Assembly (NCBI GenBank): GCA_964388035.1 | Contig: CAYLZE010000014.1 | Location: 1 to 64,000, forward strand | DNA: 64,000 nt | Reading direction: 5' to 3' | DNA from: an uncultured archaeon | GTDB lineage: Archaea > Asgardarchaeota > Lokiarchaeia > Sigyniarchaeales > SOKP01 | In this document: positions 10,806 to 21,233 of the stretch, one piece after another | How the letters are laid out: every line of letters starts with the position of its first letter | Position numbering within the stretch: position 1 is the stretch's first letter | Notes under the pieces: generated by a model | The model's database searches: none | Seen by the model: only the letters and a program-made list of their open reading frames with translations | Told to the model about the DNA's origin: nothing | Position numbers and translations under genes: made by a program

Positions 10806-11792
10806 ATGGGATTAGGGAAAAAAATAAAAATACGATTTCTTGCTTCAAACTTAAGACCAAGATATCAAAAGATTGTAGATTCTGAAAATAAAATTAGTTC
10901 AATGCACGATACAATAAAATTCACGGAATCATCCCCAAAACGTTTTGATATTCCGTTAGAAGCGCTCTCTTACATGGAACGAGGATTTAAACCATCCTTT
11001 TTTAATAAAAAGGTCTTGCCTTATGCAATAGGGAGCATGAGAGGTATTGGAAAGTCATTCAACTCGATAAAAAAAAACCCTCTAGACCCAAAAACTAATT
11101 GTGATCCCGAGTTTATCAAGTCTTTCGAAGAATATTGTTATAGAATTGGAGCTAGTGTAATTGGATATACCAAAATGCCTCCAGAATTCTTGTTTAAAGA
11201 TAAGGGAGTAATATTTGATAATGCAATTGTATTTGCCATGGAAATGGATAAAGATAATATCGCAAAAGCTCCGAGCTTGGATACCTTAATCGAAGTTCAA
11301 AAAACGTATCGTGATTTAGGCAAAGTTGTAAATTCTGCGGCAGAATTTTTACGTGAACACGGTTATGCCGCTCAAGCCAGCCATCCCTTGGGGGGTGTTG
11401 TATTGTATCCTAGACTGGCAAGATTGGCAAATTTAGGGTGGCAAGGACGCCATGGGATGTTGATTACGCCTCAATTTGGTCCGAGAGTTCGTTTAGCAGC
11501 GGTTTTTACCAGTATTTCAAATTTGCTTATCACTAATAATAATCCCCATTCTTGGATTGAATCGTATTGTAAAACTTGTGACATTTGTATCAAGACATGT
11601 CCTGTAAATGCCATATATACAGATCCGATTAAAAAGGATAATGGAATAATAACGCATATAGATGTAAATAAATGTTTTCCCTATTTTCTGGAAAATCATG
11701 GATGTTCTGTTTGCATGGATCGTTGTCAGTTCAATCGAATTGGGTATGAAAAGTTGAAAGAAATTACTCAGAATAGATCAGTTGACCTATAG
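10806..11792 (+). CDS. Cobalamin/[4Fe-4S] protein of the reductive dehalogenase / epoxyqueuosine reductase superfamily
   Basis: LA..A.LGW.GRHG.LITPQFGPRVRL, CxxCxxCxxxCP and C...CxxCxxxC motifs; ATG 10806 preferred over TTG 10734. Confidence 0.8.
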   Translation: MGLGKKIKIRFLASNLRPRYQKIVDSENKISSMHDTIKFTESSPKRFDIPLEALSYMERGFKPSFFNKKVLPYAIGSMRGIGKSFNSIKKNPLDPKTNCDPEFIKSFEEYCYRIGASVIGYTKMPPEFLFKDKGVIFDNAIVFAMEMDKDNIAKAPSLDTLIEVQKTYRDLGKVVNSAAEFLREHGYAAQASHPLGGVVLYPRLARLANLGWQGRHGMLITPQFGPRVRLAAVFTSISNLLITNNNPHSWIESYCKTCDICIKTCPVNAIYTDPIKKDNGIITHIDVNKCFPYFLENHGCSVCMDRCQFNRIGYEKLKEITQNRSVDL

Positions 11793-11962
11793 GTTTCTTA
11801 GATCGCTCTAAATGTTCTACTATGATTCATATCAAAGGATTACGGCGATTTAGTAACCTTTATCATCAAAATAAGAATAAGATTAATTGTTTAGAAATTC
11901 CATAAATGAAAATAAATAAAAAAAAGTAAATTATATAAAAAAAAGAGATAGAATTCAAACCT

Positions 11963-12523
11963 CTACTTTATTTCTATTTTCTTTTTCTCCGGCTTTGGCG
12001 GTTCTACCTTAGGAATTTTAACGCTTAATATTCCTTTTTCTAGATTTGCTTCGATTTTATTTTCATCTATATACTCTGGTAAATTGAAGGCTCGATAATA
12101 ACTGGAAGATCGATACTCGCGGCGAATCAATTCACCTTTTTTCCCTTCTTCTTTCATCTCTTCTTTATGCTCTCCCTTAATTTCTAGCATTCCATCGTGA
12201 ATGGTTATTTCCAAATCTCCTTTATCCATCCCAGGTAATTCTGCGGAAATCATGAAATTATCCTTCGTCTCACTAATATTAGCCAATGGTGTTCTGAACA
12301 TGGGCTCATCCTCTCGAATCACTAACCCGAATGGTCTTCTACGTCTGGAATCAAAGGGCCATCGGTCATCGAAAAAAGCCCTCGAAACATCATCGAATAA
12401 CTTATCCATCTCTTGGAAAAGTGAAAAGGGATTTTCACGCCTCATTGATAATTCATGAGATTTTTTATCATCTTTCTTACCTTCATTCTCTTTCTTCTTA
12501 ATTTCTACCTTATCTTTGGACAT
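11963..12523 (-). CDS. hsp20: Small heat-shock protein Hsp20
   Basis: Alpha-crystallin domain (AELPG, F.LPE.ID...I.A.LEKGIL.V.IPK), C-terminal IEI; the track's GTG at 12532 lies within a GAGGTGA Shine-Dalgarno, so ATG 12523 is the likely start. Confidence 0.93.
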   Translation of the reverse strand: MSKDKVEIKKKENEGKKDDKKSHELSMRRENPFSLFQEMDKLFDDVSRAFFDDRWPFDSRRRRPFGLVIREDEPMFRTPLANISETKDNFMISAELPGMDKGDLEITIHDGMLEIKGEHKEEMKEEGKKGELIRREYRSSSYYRAFNLPEYIDENKIEANLEKGILSVKIPKVEPPKPEKKKIEIK

Positions 12524-12631
12524 ATTTTTCACCTCTTCTTTTTTCCTATTTTTTGATTATTTTTGAACTTTATTAAACGGTTGTATGACAATTAATAATT
12601 GACAACCTCATATTAATATAAGAAACTTGAC

Positions 12632-12646
12632 TATATAAATATTTCG
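12632..12646 (-). promoter_or_regulatory. Putative BRE/TATA promoter of hsp20
   Basis: Minus strand reads CGAAATA-TTTATATA about 110 bp upstream of the start. Confidence 0.45.
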
Positions 12647-12872
12647 ATCCCTATTCTCCCCAAAATTGAAAGAATTTTGGGTTTTATCAGGGTTTTATTC
12701 TTATTCTGTTAAAAAAATATTACAACCCAGAATCATAACTCATTGGTATCTCTCCAAGTAATCATCTTTTTTCTAAATTTCAAAATCAAGCCTATTAATG
12801 ATTAAAATTTACCTATAATTATAAAAAAAATAATTCAAAGAGCTTAAATTAATTAGAAAAAAAAATTTAGGA

Positions 12873-14585
12873 TTAGAGTAAGGAAGCTGTTATGGTCACC
12901 ATGATAACTATTACCGTAGTAATTACTGTCCCGGTTATAATATTTCCTGTTTTTTTATAACAAGCCACGGATACATAACTCCCTAATAAAGTGGTAGGAA
13001 TGACTACCGGCATGAATACTCCGAAGGTGAAAAGGCTTCCTTGTAAATAGCTTAAGAATAATAAGAACACAGCCATGTAAATCACTTGGATTATGAAAAT
13101 TAACAACCCTGCTTTTAATAATCCTTGAATGCCCTTTTCGAATTTTACTTGGAGAGTTGCGTTGGCAAATATATTAAATACTAATAAAATGAAGAATTCA
13201 ATGACAAGATACATGGGAATATAGATATACTTGGTCACGGAAGGAGCAATGGCAAAATAGTTCAACCCTATTGAAACATCTGCAATTATATATACAATGA
13301 CAGCTAATACAGCTCCCAAGATAAATTCTCCTAATAGTCTCTCTTTTCCTCTCTTAAATGGTCCCGCTAACGTTTCCTTGAAGGAAATATCTCCTTTTTT
13401 CGTTATTCTCCACATTAAAATTAAGAGGGCAAAACTTTGACCAAATAACAGCATGATGACTTGAGCCATGGTCTCTAAAGGTAATATTAAAGAAAGTGGC
13501 ATGAAGATGAGTATACCAACGAATCCCAAAACTAATGAGAAGATAAGTGCCTTGATTGAAAGATTTGCAATAGAATTGGTAGGAGTATCTATTTTAAAGG
13601 GAGCTCGTTCTGCCTCCTCTGTATCTCCTTTTTTTCTTTTAACAATCACATTATAGAGGGGTTTAATACTCATAAAAAACACCCCCATGCCTCCTGTTAA
13701 TTGAAGGAGAAGAATAAGCCCTCGAATATTAACAAAGAAATTCTGATCAGTCTGTCTCACGTCTGGAAAGGTACTAATCACCCAATTTCTCGCAGCTCTT
13801 ATAAAGTCCTGGTCCCAACATAGTAATAAATGGTTGGTATTATCATCCAAAAAAATCATGGATGCAGTTCCTGTTTTAAAACAGCCATATAACTTATTTA
13901 CATCTACTTCTGCGGAACTCGTTCCTAATCTTAAGGCCATGCCTTCTTTAAGCTCATCAACTGTTACAGCTTCATCATACGGACCTACGATCATTAAAAC
14001 GTTCAATTTTCGACCCGAATTCACCTTTACGGCATATTGGGGATTATAGGAGGCAGAGGGCAACCCTGTTCCAATACCAATAAAACATTTAAAACCATTA
14101 TCCTCATTTACGATCTCCCATCCAGGAAATCCTCCCATACTATACCCTATATATCCCAGATTATCCATATCAACGTCCCCCCTTCCATCCAAGTAAGCAA
14201 GAATGGCTCTCACATCGTAAATCAAACGATCTCTATCTAATACCCCAGTACTTTGTCCATGACCTCTGAAATCTAAAGCAACAACAACAAATCCCGCGTT
14301 TGAGATTTCTATTGCATATCCCTTTAACATCTCTTTATCTGCCCGATGCCCATGCCCAATAATAACCGCCTTTTTCATCGCATCCCCATTTTTTGCTTTA
14401 TATAAATCTTTCCGGGGTTCAAAGACATTAAAATAAATTGTCACTCCATCATCAGTTTGCGTGGTAAGACTATAGGTAATTTTGATGGTACTTGGCACGC
14501 TGAAAATTAACACTGTTCCAACTATAAACATTGAGAGAAAGATCAGGAATAATATAACTCTTTTTTTTAAATTAGCTTGTTCCAT
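12873..14585 (-). CDS. Membrane-anchored alpha/beta hydrolase with polytopic C-terminal membrane domain
   Basis: N-terminal TM, HG, DFRGHGQS, GYSMGG nucleophile elbow, Asp (YDE) and His (TNH); about 8 C-terminal TM segments. Confidence 0.85.
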   Translation of the reverse strand: MEQANLKKRVILFLIFLSMFIVGTVLIFSVPSTIKITYSLTTQTDDGVTIYFNVFEPRKDLYKAKNGDAMKKAVIIGHGHRADKEMLKGYAIEISNAGFVVVALDFRGHGQSTGVLDRDRLIYDVRAILAYLDGRGDVDMDNLGYIGYSMGGFPGWEIVNEDNGFKCFIGIGTGLPSASYNPQYAVKVNSGRKLNVLMIVGPYDEAVTVDELKEGMALRLGTSSAEVDVNKLYGCFKTGTASMIFLDDNTNHLLLCWDQDFIRAARNWVISTFPDVRQTDQNFFVNIRGLILLLQLTGGMGVFFMSIKPLYNVIVKRKKGDTEEAERAPFKIDTPTNSIANLSIKALIFSLVLGFVGILIFMPLSLILPLETMAQVIMLLFGQSFALLILMWRITKKGDISFKETLAGPFKRGKERLLGEFILGAVLAVIVYIIADVSIGLNYFAIAPSVTKYIYIPMYLVIEFFILLVFNIFANATLQVKFEKGIQGLLKAGLLIFIIQVIYMAVFLLFLSYLQGSLFTFGVFMPVVIPTTLLGSYVSVACYKKTGNIITGTVITTVIVIMVTITASLL

Positions 14586-15037
14586 TATAATTTCACGATC
14601 TTATTTTTTAGTAAATTTTATAATTTTTAAGAATGATAAAATCTCTTAAGAAGTTTATTCTCTATTTCTTTTTAATGACTCTTTAAAATCGCTTCTCTTT
14701 CATTCTTTGATGAAAATTTAAAAGTGATCTGGAATACCTCTTGTTATAATTCTCTGGAAGCTTGTTCAAAAGGGAAAAGATGTGTTCCTATATCGTTCCT
14801 ATATATCTCATGTCTTAAAAAAAAACTTTAATGTTCTCTCAAACCACATGTCTCTTCATTACTTACGACTTGAAGATGTTATATTTCGAAGCTCTTCGGT
14901 TCTGCGTATTTCTTATTGGTTTTCCCTTACGATTGATCTTAAAAAAGTGAAGAGCAATATTTTAAAACGTTCGCTTCCTTCCAATAGTGCTTTCAGATTG
15001 GTCTTCTCGCGATTATATTCCTAAAAAAGTAAAAAAA

Positions 15038-15302
15038 CTTTCAGCTGTCAAGTCAGTCATCCATCCATTAGCTATTTCTTAATGTAGGTTATCGTAAATT
15101 TCCTTATCAATTCAACTGCACGGGAATTCGTCAATTATCTAAAAGACCTTCAGGATAAGAGCAAGAATCGGGAAGAAAGAGTTGCCTATTCTGAGGATTT
15201 GAAGCCAGAATGCCGAGCTTTCATTCATTAAGCGTTGGTTAAAGCTATTGAAATCTTGCTCTCCTCATGAAATGCGATTACATAAAAAAAAGATATAAAA
15301 AA
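15038..15302. repeat. Dispersed ~270-bp repeat, copy 2
   Basis: Same orientation and same context (3' of a minus-strand gene) as 142-407. Confidence 0.9.
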
Positions 15303-15329
15303 GATATAAAAAAAAAGGTTTTTTAATTT

Positions 15330-17054
15330 CTATAATATTGAAACAGTAGTAGTTAGCATGACGATAATAAATATGATGGCTATCGTTCCGGGAATAATGC
15401 TACCCGTTTTTTCATACACCACGACGGAGACATAGCTTCCTAAAAGCGTTACACCAATAGTAACAGGCAAGAATACTCCAAAAGTAAAAAAGTTCCCTTG
15501 CAAGAGGCTCACGATAAACAAGTAAAAGGCCATGTAAATTATTTGCATCACGAAAATTAGCAATCCTGCTTCAAGTAGTCCTCCATATCCCTTCTTGAAT
15601 TTTCTCTGGAAAGTGGCGTTGGCAAATATATTCAAACCCAAAAGGATGAAAAATTCTATGACAAGATACAAGGGAACATAAATCATCTTGGTGATGGAGG
15701 GAACAATAGCAAAATAGTTCAAGCCAATCGAAAGATATACGATAACATAAATGAATGCGGCTAAAATTATTCCCAACACAAATTCTCCTAAAAGATTTTT
15801 ACGCTTGAATGGCCCCGAAAGTATTCCTTTAAAGGCGATATTCTCTTTTTTCCCAACTCTCCACATTAAAATCAGTAAGGCAAAGGTCTGGCCGAATAAC
15901 AGCATTATTACTTGAGCCATGGTAGTTAATGGTAGCAGGAAAGTAAGGGGCATGAATATGATGATTCCTACGAGTCCAAGAACTAACGAATAAATGATAG
16001 ATCTTAAAAACAAATTCGCAGCCGAAACTGAAGGTGTCTCAATTTTAAATGCCGAACTTTCCATTTCTTCCACGGTTTCCTCTTTCTTTTTCACTAGCAC
16101 GCTATATAGCGGTCTAACACTCATGAAGAATATTCCCATCGCGCCTAATATTTGAAAAACAAGAATTCCTGCTCGAGTATTTACATAAAAATTTTCATTT
16201 AGTTGTCTCACCGTGGGAAAACTGCTAATCATCCAGTCTCTGGCAGCCCGTATGCAATCTTGGTCCCAACATACTAATAAATGATTGGTATTATCATCTA
16301 CATAAATCATGGAGGCAGTCCCCTTTTCAAAACATCCATATAACTTGTTGATATCCACATCACCCGCAGATGTGCCCATTCTCAAGGCCATTCCCTCTTT
16401 TAACTGTTCAGTGGTAGTAACTTCATCATATTTACCCATAATCATTAAAACATTAAAATCTCGACCAGAATTCACCTTTATCGCGTAATCAGGGGTATTG
16501 GAGGGTGATGGAATACCTGTTGCGAGACCTATAAAACATTTAAAACCATTATCCTCATTTACAAGCTCCCATCCCGGAAAACCTCCCATGCTATATCCTA
16601 AATATCCCAGATTATTCATGTCAATGTCCCCCCTTCCTTCCAAATAAGCAAGAATGGCTCTCACATCGTAAATCAAGAGACTCTGATCTAAGGTTCCCGT
16701 GCTTTGTCCGTGTCCCCGAAAATCTAAAACTACGGCAACGAAACCCGCATTTGCCATTTCTATAGCATAATCTTTAAGTATTTCTTTATTCGCAAGATAC
16801 CCATGTGCAATTATTATTGCCTTTTTTTTAGCATCTCCATTATGCATGGCATATATATCATCTTTAGGTTCCATCACGTTGAAATAAATCGTCACTCCAC
16901 CTTCAGATTGAGTCGTAAGACCATAGGTAATTTTAATCGAGGAAGGTGTGGTAAACATTAAAACCGTACCGCTAATAAAAATCGCCAGAAAAATCAAGAA
17001 CAGAATTATTCGCTTGGTTAATTTTGACTTTTCCATTTTATTCGATTTTTCCAT
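15330..17054 (-). CDS. Membrane-anchored alpha/beta hydrolase, tandem paralog of 12873-14585
   Basis: Same motifs, long near-identical stretches (e.g. LIYDVRAILAYL.GRGD, VNEDNGFKCFIG). Confidence 0.85.
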   Translation of the reverse strand: MEKSNKMEKSKLTKRIILFLIFLAIFISGTVLMFTTPSSIKITYGLTTQSEGGVTIYFNVMEPKDDIYAMHNGDAKKKAIIIAHGYLANKEILKDYAIEMANAGFVAVVLDFRGHGQSTGTLDQSLLIYDVRAILAYLEGRGDIDMNNLGYLGYSMGGFPGWELVNEDNGFKCFIGLATGIPSPSNTPDYAIKVNSGRDFNVLMIMGKYDEVTTTEQLKEGMALRMGTSAGDVDINKLYGCFEKGTASMIYVDDNTNHLLVCWDQDCIRAARDWMISSFPTVRQLNENFYVNTRAGILVFQILGAMGIFFMSVRPLYSVLVKKKEETVEEMESSAFKIETPSVSAANLFLRSIIYSLVLGLVGIIIFMPLTFLLPLTTMAQVIMLLFGQTFALLILMWRVGKKENIAFKGILSGPFKRKNLLGEFVLGIILAAFIYVIVYLSIGLNYFAIVPSITKMIYVPLYLVIEFFILLGLNIFANATFQRKFKKGYGGLLEAGLLIFVMQIIYMAFYLFIVSLLQGNFFTFGVFLPVTIGVTLLGSYVSVVVYEKTGSIIPGTIAIIFIIVMLTTTVSIL

Positions 17055-17266
17055 TTTAAGTTCACGATTAAATTTCTAATTAAATTTTATAATAGTTAAA
17101 AATGTCAAATTCCCTTTTGAAGTTTTCTTGATTTCCATGCAAAATTTTTATAAAAACAATTAAAATTTATCTAGTTCAATTTGAGTAATAAATTGAATGA
17201 AATCAAATCATTTTATTAAAAAAAAAGATGATGAAAGAGTAGCTTTCATTCATTAGTTGAAGTACT

Positions 17267-17452
17267 TTAGATTTCTTTACTTAATTTATATAAACCTCCG
17301 GACACTACTCCAAATAAAATAGTGAGCGATATGGCAACAGCGAGAAATATCAAATTTCCAGGCGCGAGAAATGCAAATAAAATCCAAATAACTGCTATGG
17401 AGGCACCGAACAGTTCACTACCTAACCGTTTTAAGTTATACAATTCAATCAC
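17267..17452 (-). CDS. Small 2-TM hypothetical protein or fragment
   Basis: 61-aa hydrophobic ORF with GTG start. Confidence 0.35.
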   Translation of the reverse strand: MIELYNLKRLGSELFGASIAVIWILFAFLAPGNLIFLAVAISLTILFGVVSGGLYKLSKEI

Positions 17453-17848
17453 ATTACCAAAATTTTATTGCAATATTATTGGTTTTTTTTGTTAATTTAT
17501 TAATCTTACGTTAATAGTTAATAAGAATCTTTTCACTTTAAACGGATTTCAACCTATCGGTTTCATCCATGACTTCTCCGGCTAAATGGACACACATTTT
17601 TTATGAATTATCATTCAATAAACTTTTTCGATCTCATTCTCTTTCTACTTTAAGTACTTTCACTCTCAGAGCTCCCTATAACTTTTAGTTCTCAATACTC
17701 CACTAATTTCAAATAATTATTCAGATTCTTATCTGAATAATATCGAGATTTGATATATTTCAAGACATTGCCTCTAGAAAAGTTTATATAAACAATATGC
17801 ATGATCTTATGTACTATTTGTTTACAAAAATGTGAGAGATAAAACATA

Positions 17849-19096
17849 ATGAAAGAAAATTTAACAAAAAATAGTAATGTAATCCAAGAAGAAGTACAGG
17901 CATCTGAAAGGGTCCCAAATATGATGTCGCAGGCAGAAAAAGGTCGCCGCTTGTTTTTCATCGATCATTGGCGGGCTGCTCTGGCAATTCTCGTAGTTCT
18001 ACACCACACTGCCCTCATCTATGGCGCTATAGGTCTCTACTATTACGTTGACTTTCCTTTACCCAATACTCAAGAATATGTAGCATTTTTAATGTTCGTG
18101 TTTACTAACCAAGCCTGGTTCATGGGAGCCTTTTTCTTAATGGCAGGCTATTTTGTTCCGGGATCTTATGATCGGAAGGGCGCAAGGGCTTTTCTTAAAG
18201 GTAGGTTAATTCGCCTCGGAATTCCTACTCTCCTATTCTTTTTCTTCCTGGGGCCCATAACATCCTTCGGCGTTTACACGCTACCCGTTAGCGTGACGGG
18301 ACCTTTACCCCCAGCCTGGTTTTGGTATTTTTATATGATGGAAATCGGACCCTTGTGGTTTTGCGTGATGTTACTCTTCTTTAGTATCGGTTATGCAGCA
18401 TGGCGAAAGATGATAAGCAATAGACCCCCCTCGTCCATTAAAAAATCTGCTGCTCCTAGCTATTTACATATGGGGATTTTTATTTTGATATTAGCACTGG
18501 TCAGCTACTTGATTCGGATTGTCGTTCCCATAGGAACCGAGGTGGCTTTAATCCCGCCAGGATATGAGGGATGGATTGAATTCCCTACCATCGCTTACCT
18601 TCCGCAATATCTCAGCTTTTTCACAATTGGGATTGTGGCATTCCGCAATGACTGGTTCCGCACTTTACCCGCCTCTAAAGGCATCGTTGGATTTGTGATA
18701 GCATTAACCGCAGAAATCTTGTTGTTTCCCCTTGCATTTAGCGGCCAATGGTTTTCTTTAGAACCTAATTACTTGTTCTTAGGACAAGGGCATTGGCAGT
18801 CCGCTGTATTTGCACTCTGGGACTCCATCTTTGCGGTCGGTATGGTTCTCGGGTTGCTCACGCTCTTCCGTCGATTCTTCAATAAGCAAGGAAAACTTGG
18901 CAAATTCCTCGCTCAAAACAATTATGCTGTTTATGTCACCCATCTCCCCTTAGTAATGTGGATCTCCATAGCACTAAGCGGAGTTTTGCTTCCCAAGGGT
19001 CTCAAATTCGGGTTGGCAGCACTCATCATAGTTCCAACTAGCTTCATTGTTGCCTATCTAATTCGTAAAATACCCCATTTCTCGGAATTTCTCTAA
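17849..19096 (+). CDS. Acyltransferase family 3 (MdoC/OpgC-like) membrane protein
   Basis: R.FFID.WRA...LVVLHH, FMGAFF.MAGYF, RLIRLGIP, GPLWF, YAVY.TH. Confidence 0.88.
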   Translation: MKENLTKNSNVIQEEVQASERVPNMMSQAEKGRRLFFIDHWRAALAILVVLHHTALIYGAIGLYYYVDFPLPNTQEYVAFLMFVFTNQAWFMGAFFLMAGYFVPGSYDRKGARAFLKGRLIRLGIPTLLFFFFLGPITSFGVYTLPVSVTGPLPPAWFWYFYMMEIGPLWFCVMLLFFSIGYAAWRKMISNRPPSSIKKSAAPSYLHMGIFILILALVSYLIRIVVPIGTEVALIPPGYEGWIEFPTIAYLPQYLSFFTIGIVAFRNDWFRTLPASKGIVGFVIALTAEILLFPLAFSGQWFSLEPNYLFLGQGHWQSAVFALWDSIFAVGMVLGLLTLFRRFFNKQGKLGKFLAQNNYAVYVTHLPLVMWISIALSGVLLPKGLKFGLAALIIVPTSFIVAYLIRKIPHFSEFL

Positions 19097-19337
19097 ATTT
19101 ATAGAAGGAGCATTACAATACAATAAGAAAATACAATAATAAATTATAGTAATATAATAAAAAAGTCAGCTATGAAATCTGATATACCTTTTTTTTCTTT
19201 CTAACCAATTTTAGGCCAGAAAAGCTAAAAACTCTTTTTGAAAGTAAAACCAACAAGTAGAAAAAAAAAATAAAGATTGAAAATTTGATATTAATTTAAT
19301 AGGATACGCTATATTTTAAAGGTCTCATTCATAGAAC

Positions 19338-19769
19338 TTATAAATCTTCAGCATAATCTTCAAAAGCTTCCATGGCTAATTCTAAAATCTCTTGAAATGC
19401 CATAGCGTCTTGAAGATTTCCTTCTACGGTAATATCTCCAGCCATGTATGCGCTGGTGGCGTCTACTTCGCCAGCTAACATTCCAGCTCCTACTTCCATG
19501 ATGCAAGTAAAAGTGAATGAAGGATTGTCAACTTCTCCTTCTCCATATTCAAGTTTGCCTTCAGAAGCTTTTAACCAGTACTTCTTACCGACATCGGTAA
19601 TAACTTGCTGGACTGTAATGTCCATGTCTTCTAATTCTTCCTTTAAATCTTCATTTTCAGCGGCAACCGCTTTAATGAAAGCGTACATTTTTAAAACATC
19701 ATCTGGAGTTGCTGATCCAGCGCCTTTATCAATTATTCCTTTTACTGTTTTGACCAAATTCATGTCCAT
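19338..19769 (-). CDS. SCP2 sterol/lipid-binding domain protein
   Basis: GEVD.PSFTF, GEVDATSAYMAGDITVEGNLQDAM.F. Confidence 0.85.
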   Translation of the reverse strand: MDMNLVKTVKGIIDKGAGSATPDDVLKMYAFIKAVAAENEDLKEELEDMDITVQQVITDVGKKYWLKASEGKLEYGEGEVDNPSFTFTCIMEVGAGMLAGEVDATSAYMAGDITVEGNLQDAMAFQEILELAMEAFEDYAEDL

Positions 19770-20187
19770 TTAATATCAACCTTTTTGCTTTAATTTAACT
19801 ATATTTTTATAATTGAATTGAATATAGCAAAATTGCAATTAAATATTATTGAAGAATAAATAAAAACCTTTCCTCAAAAAATAGGATCTTTAAATAGTGA
19901 TTACAGCTTATTTAATTGACATTTTGGAATAATTCAAATTCAAATAGAAAAAAAATAATGATAAAAAAATCATTATTATTAATTATAAATATTTTGTCTT
20001 AGATTAATTTTTCTAATCTCCTTTTCATATTATCAAAAATTTAAAATAATGAATTTTATAACTATTTGCTTGCCTTTATATTAATTATCTTTTGCTAACA
20101 TTAAATCTTGAATCGTATTGAGATTTTTAAGTGTGCTAAATAAAGAAGAATGAGATTTACCCATATTAGAAAGAATGAATCCCTTAA

Positions 20188-21132
20188 GGTTGGTCACTAA
20201 GAAATAATCCCGATTTTCAAGCTAGTTTAGATAATTAGAAAATTTTGGGGAGGATTTTAACCACATTTTTGTACATGTTTGGCGGGAATTCTGATTCGGG
20301 GCCAACCATCACGCATTCGAGAAAGGTGTCGGATTATTTCCGTTCTCTTGAGAGCATGGTGGATGAGCGCTTATTAAATAAATTGGTACATGCGTTCAAC
20401 ATTTATGAGGAAATATTGAGTTTAACTGCGGAAAAGGACGCCAATAATAAAGACAAAAAGGTTGTTCTACGCTTTCAATTATCAGGATCTAAAGGGTTAA
20501 GCCCTCGCACTGAATGTAGGTTAACGGCGTGATCGGGAGTAAATTACAAGCTGGGGACTTTAGTAGCGGACGAGATAAAATTTAATCCCAAAGATGCTCA
20601 AGAGCGTTATTATGCGGTGTTCAGCATGTTAGCGTGGATGTTATTGGACCCCGACATGTTTGTATCTGCGCAATACGAGGGCGAGACAGAGAGCAATAGG
20701 TATTTACTTCTTGCGAACATTTATGGGATATACGATACGGATATAGCGACAAGCAGCACGTATTCGAGGCCTTTTAGCGGGGAAAGCATCCAATTATTAT
20801 GGAATGATGCTGATTATCTTAAAAATCATGATGTTGGGCGCTATGAATCTTTAAGGGGGGAATATAACGGGTATAAATATTGGTATGGGCAATGTTGCAT
20901 TCTGGAGCCCGGTATTTTCACACCCGGCGACATTCAGAACCTTCTTGCCTGTTATGACAAGGAGACTCGTTTTAATATAGGAATCACGCAGATTTTTGAA
21001 TTTCTTCTTAATAAAATGTATAGTGATAAAAATTATGAATCATTAACTAAACAACTCATAAATGCAAACAAGGAAATATATCTTTATGATTTCCGTTATG
21101 GTAACAGTAAAAAAAAAAAGAAGCTTCTCTAA
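20188..21132 (+). pseudogene. Decayed hypothetical gene; the two tracked ORFs share one frame interrupted by stops
   Basis: 20245-20532 and 20617-21132 are in frame across TGA 20530-32; further in-frame TAG 20236-38 and TAA 20185-87 upstream. Confidence 0.65.
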
Positions 21133-21233
21133 AAAGATACAAACTATCTGGAAATTGTATCAAGTTACTATGACTAATGCCAAATTTGTAGTAAATTCAA
21201 GTAGGAAATTGACAGTTAAGTCTATTTTATTTT

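Noticed and set aside
14700-15030. 80-aa plus ORF / stop-ridden minus-strand coding-like sequence
   Set aside because: No recognisable homology; possibly another relic but not supportable.
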